From assembly GCA_037446635.1 (NCBI GenBank), contig JBBIIG010000081.1:1-17622 (forward strand): a stretch of 17,622 bases of DNA, in the 5' to 3' direction. This DNA comes from a bacterium. Its GTDB lineage: Bacteria; Zhuqueibacterota; Zhuqueibacteria; Oceanimicrobiales; Oceanimicrobiaceae. A program made the translations under genes and the position numbers. The notes below the pieces were generated by a model. It did not search any database. It was not told the DNA's origin and saw nothing but the letters and a program-made list of their open reading frames with translations. This document shows, piece by piece, positions 17,471 to 17,622 of this stretch (position 1 is its first letter; every line of letters begins with the position of its first letter).

Positions 17471-17622
17471 ATTTTCTACAAAATAATAAATGATAATAAA
17501 TATAAGTTAAAATTGGACTATTGTAAAAAACTTTAGAAGTGATGCCTTCCGTCAATGGAAAGCAGAGCGCTTGGAAATGAATTTCCAAGCTAATAGCTTA
17601 AGCTTAATAAATTAAGCTGCTG

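Overview
Bacterial chromosomal window of about 20 genes, with a + strand block (1-7827) converging on a - strand block (7841-17470). Housekeeping genes are acnA (5'-truncated by the window edge), dut, rlmN, rocD, a FabL-like enoyl-ACP reductase and a HAD phosphatase. Two visibly AT-richer two-gene modules look like toxin-antitoxin/defence systems: a small protein plus a nucleotidyltransferase, and an HTH-ImmA/IrrE Zn-peptidase plus a PIN-like DUF4411 protein. There is also an orphan ORF6N gene and a three-gene signalling module: a GAF-AAA+-Fis enhancer-binding protein with GVATGV in place of GAFTGA, a Cache-HAMP-PP2C phosphatase, and an RsbW-like kinase. The most striking non-coding signal is a family of intergenic 9-nt-periodic repeats (consensus about NAC(A/G)CG(G/A)AT) at four sites. 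Two are inverted-repeat elements and two are half-elements that bracket the signalling module as direct repeats. A structured 330-nt intergenic region (candidate ncRNA or small ORF) lies between the SDR and HAD genes. No rRNA, tRNA, CRISPR array, integrase or transposase was recognised. All family calls come from motif recognition by eye, not database searches.
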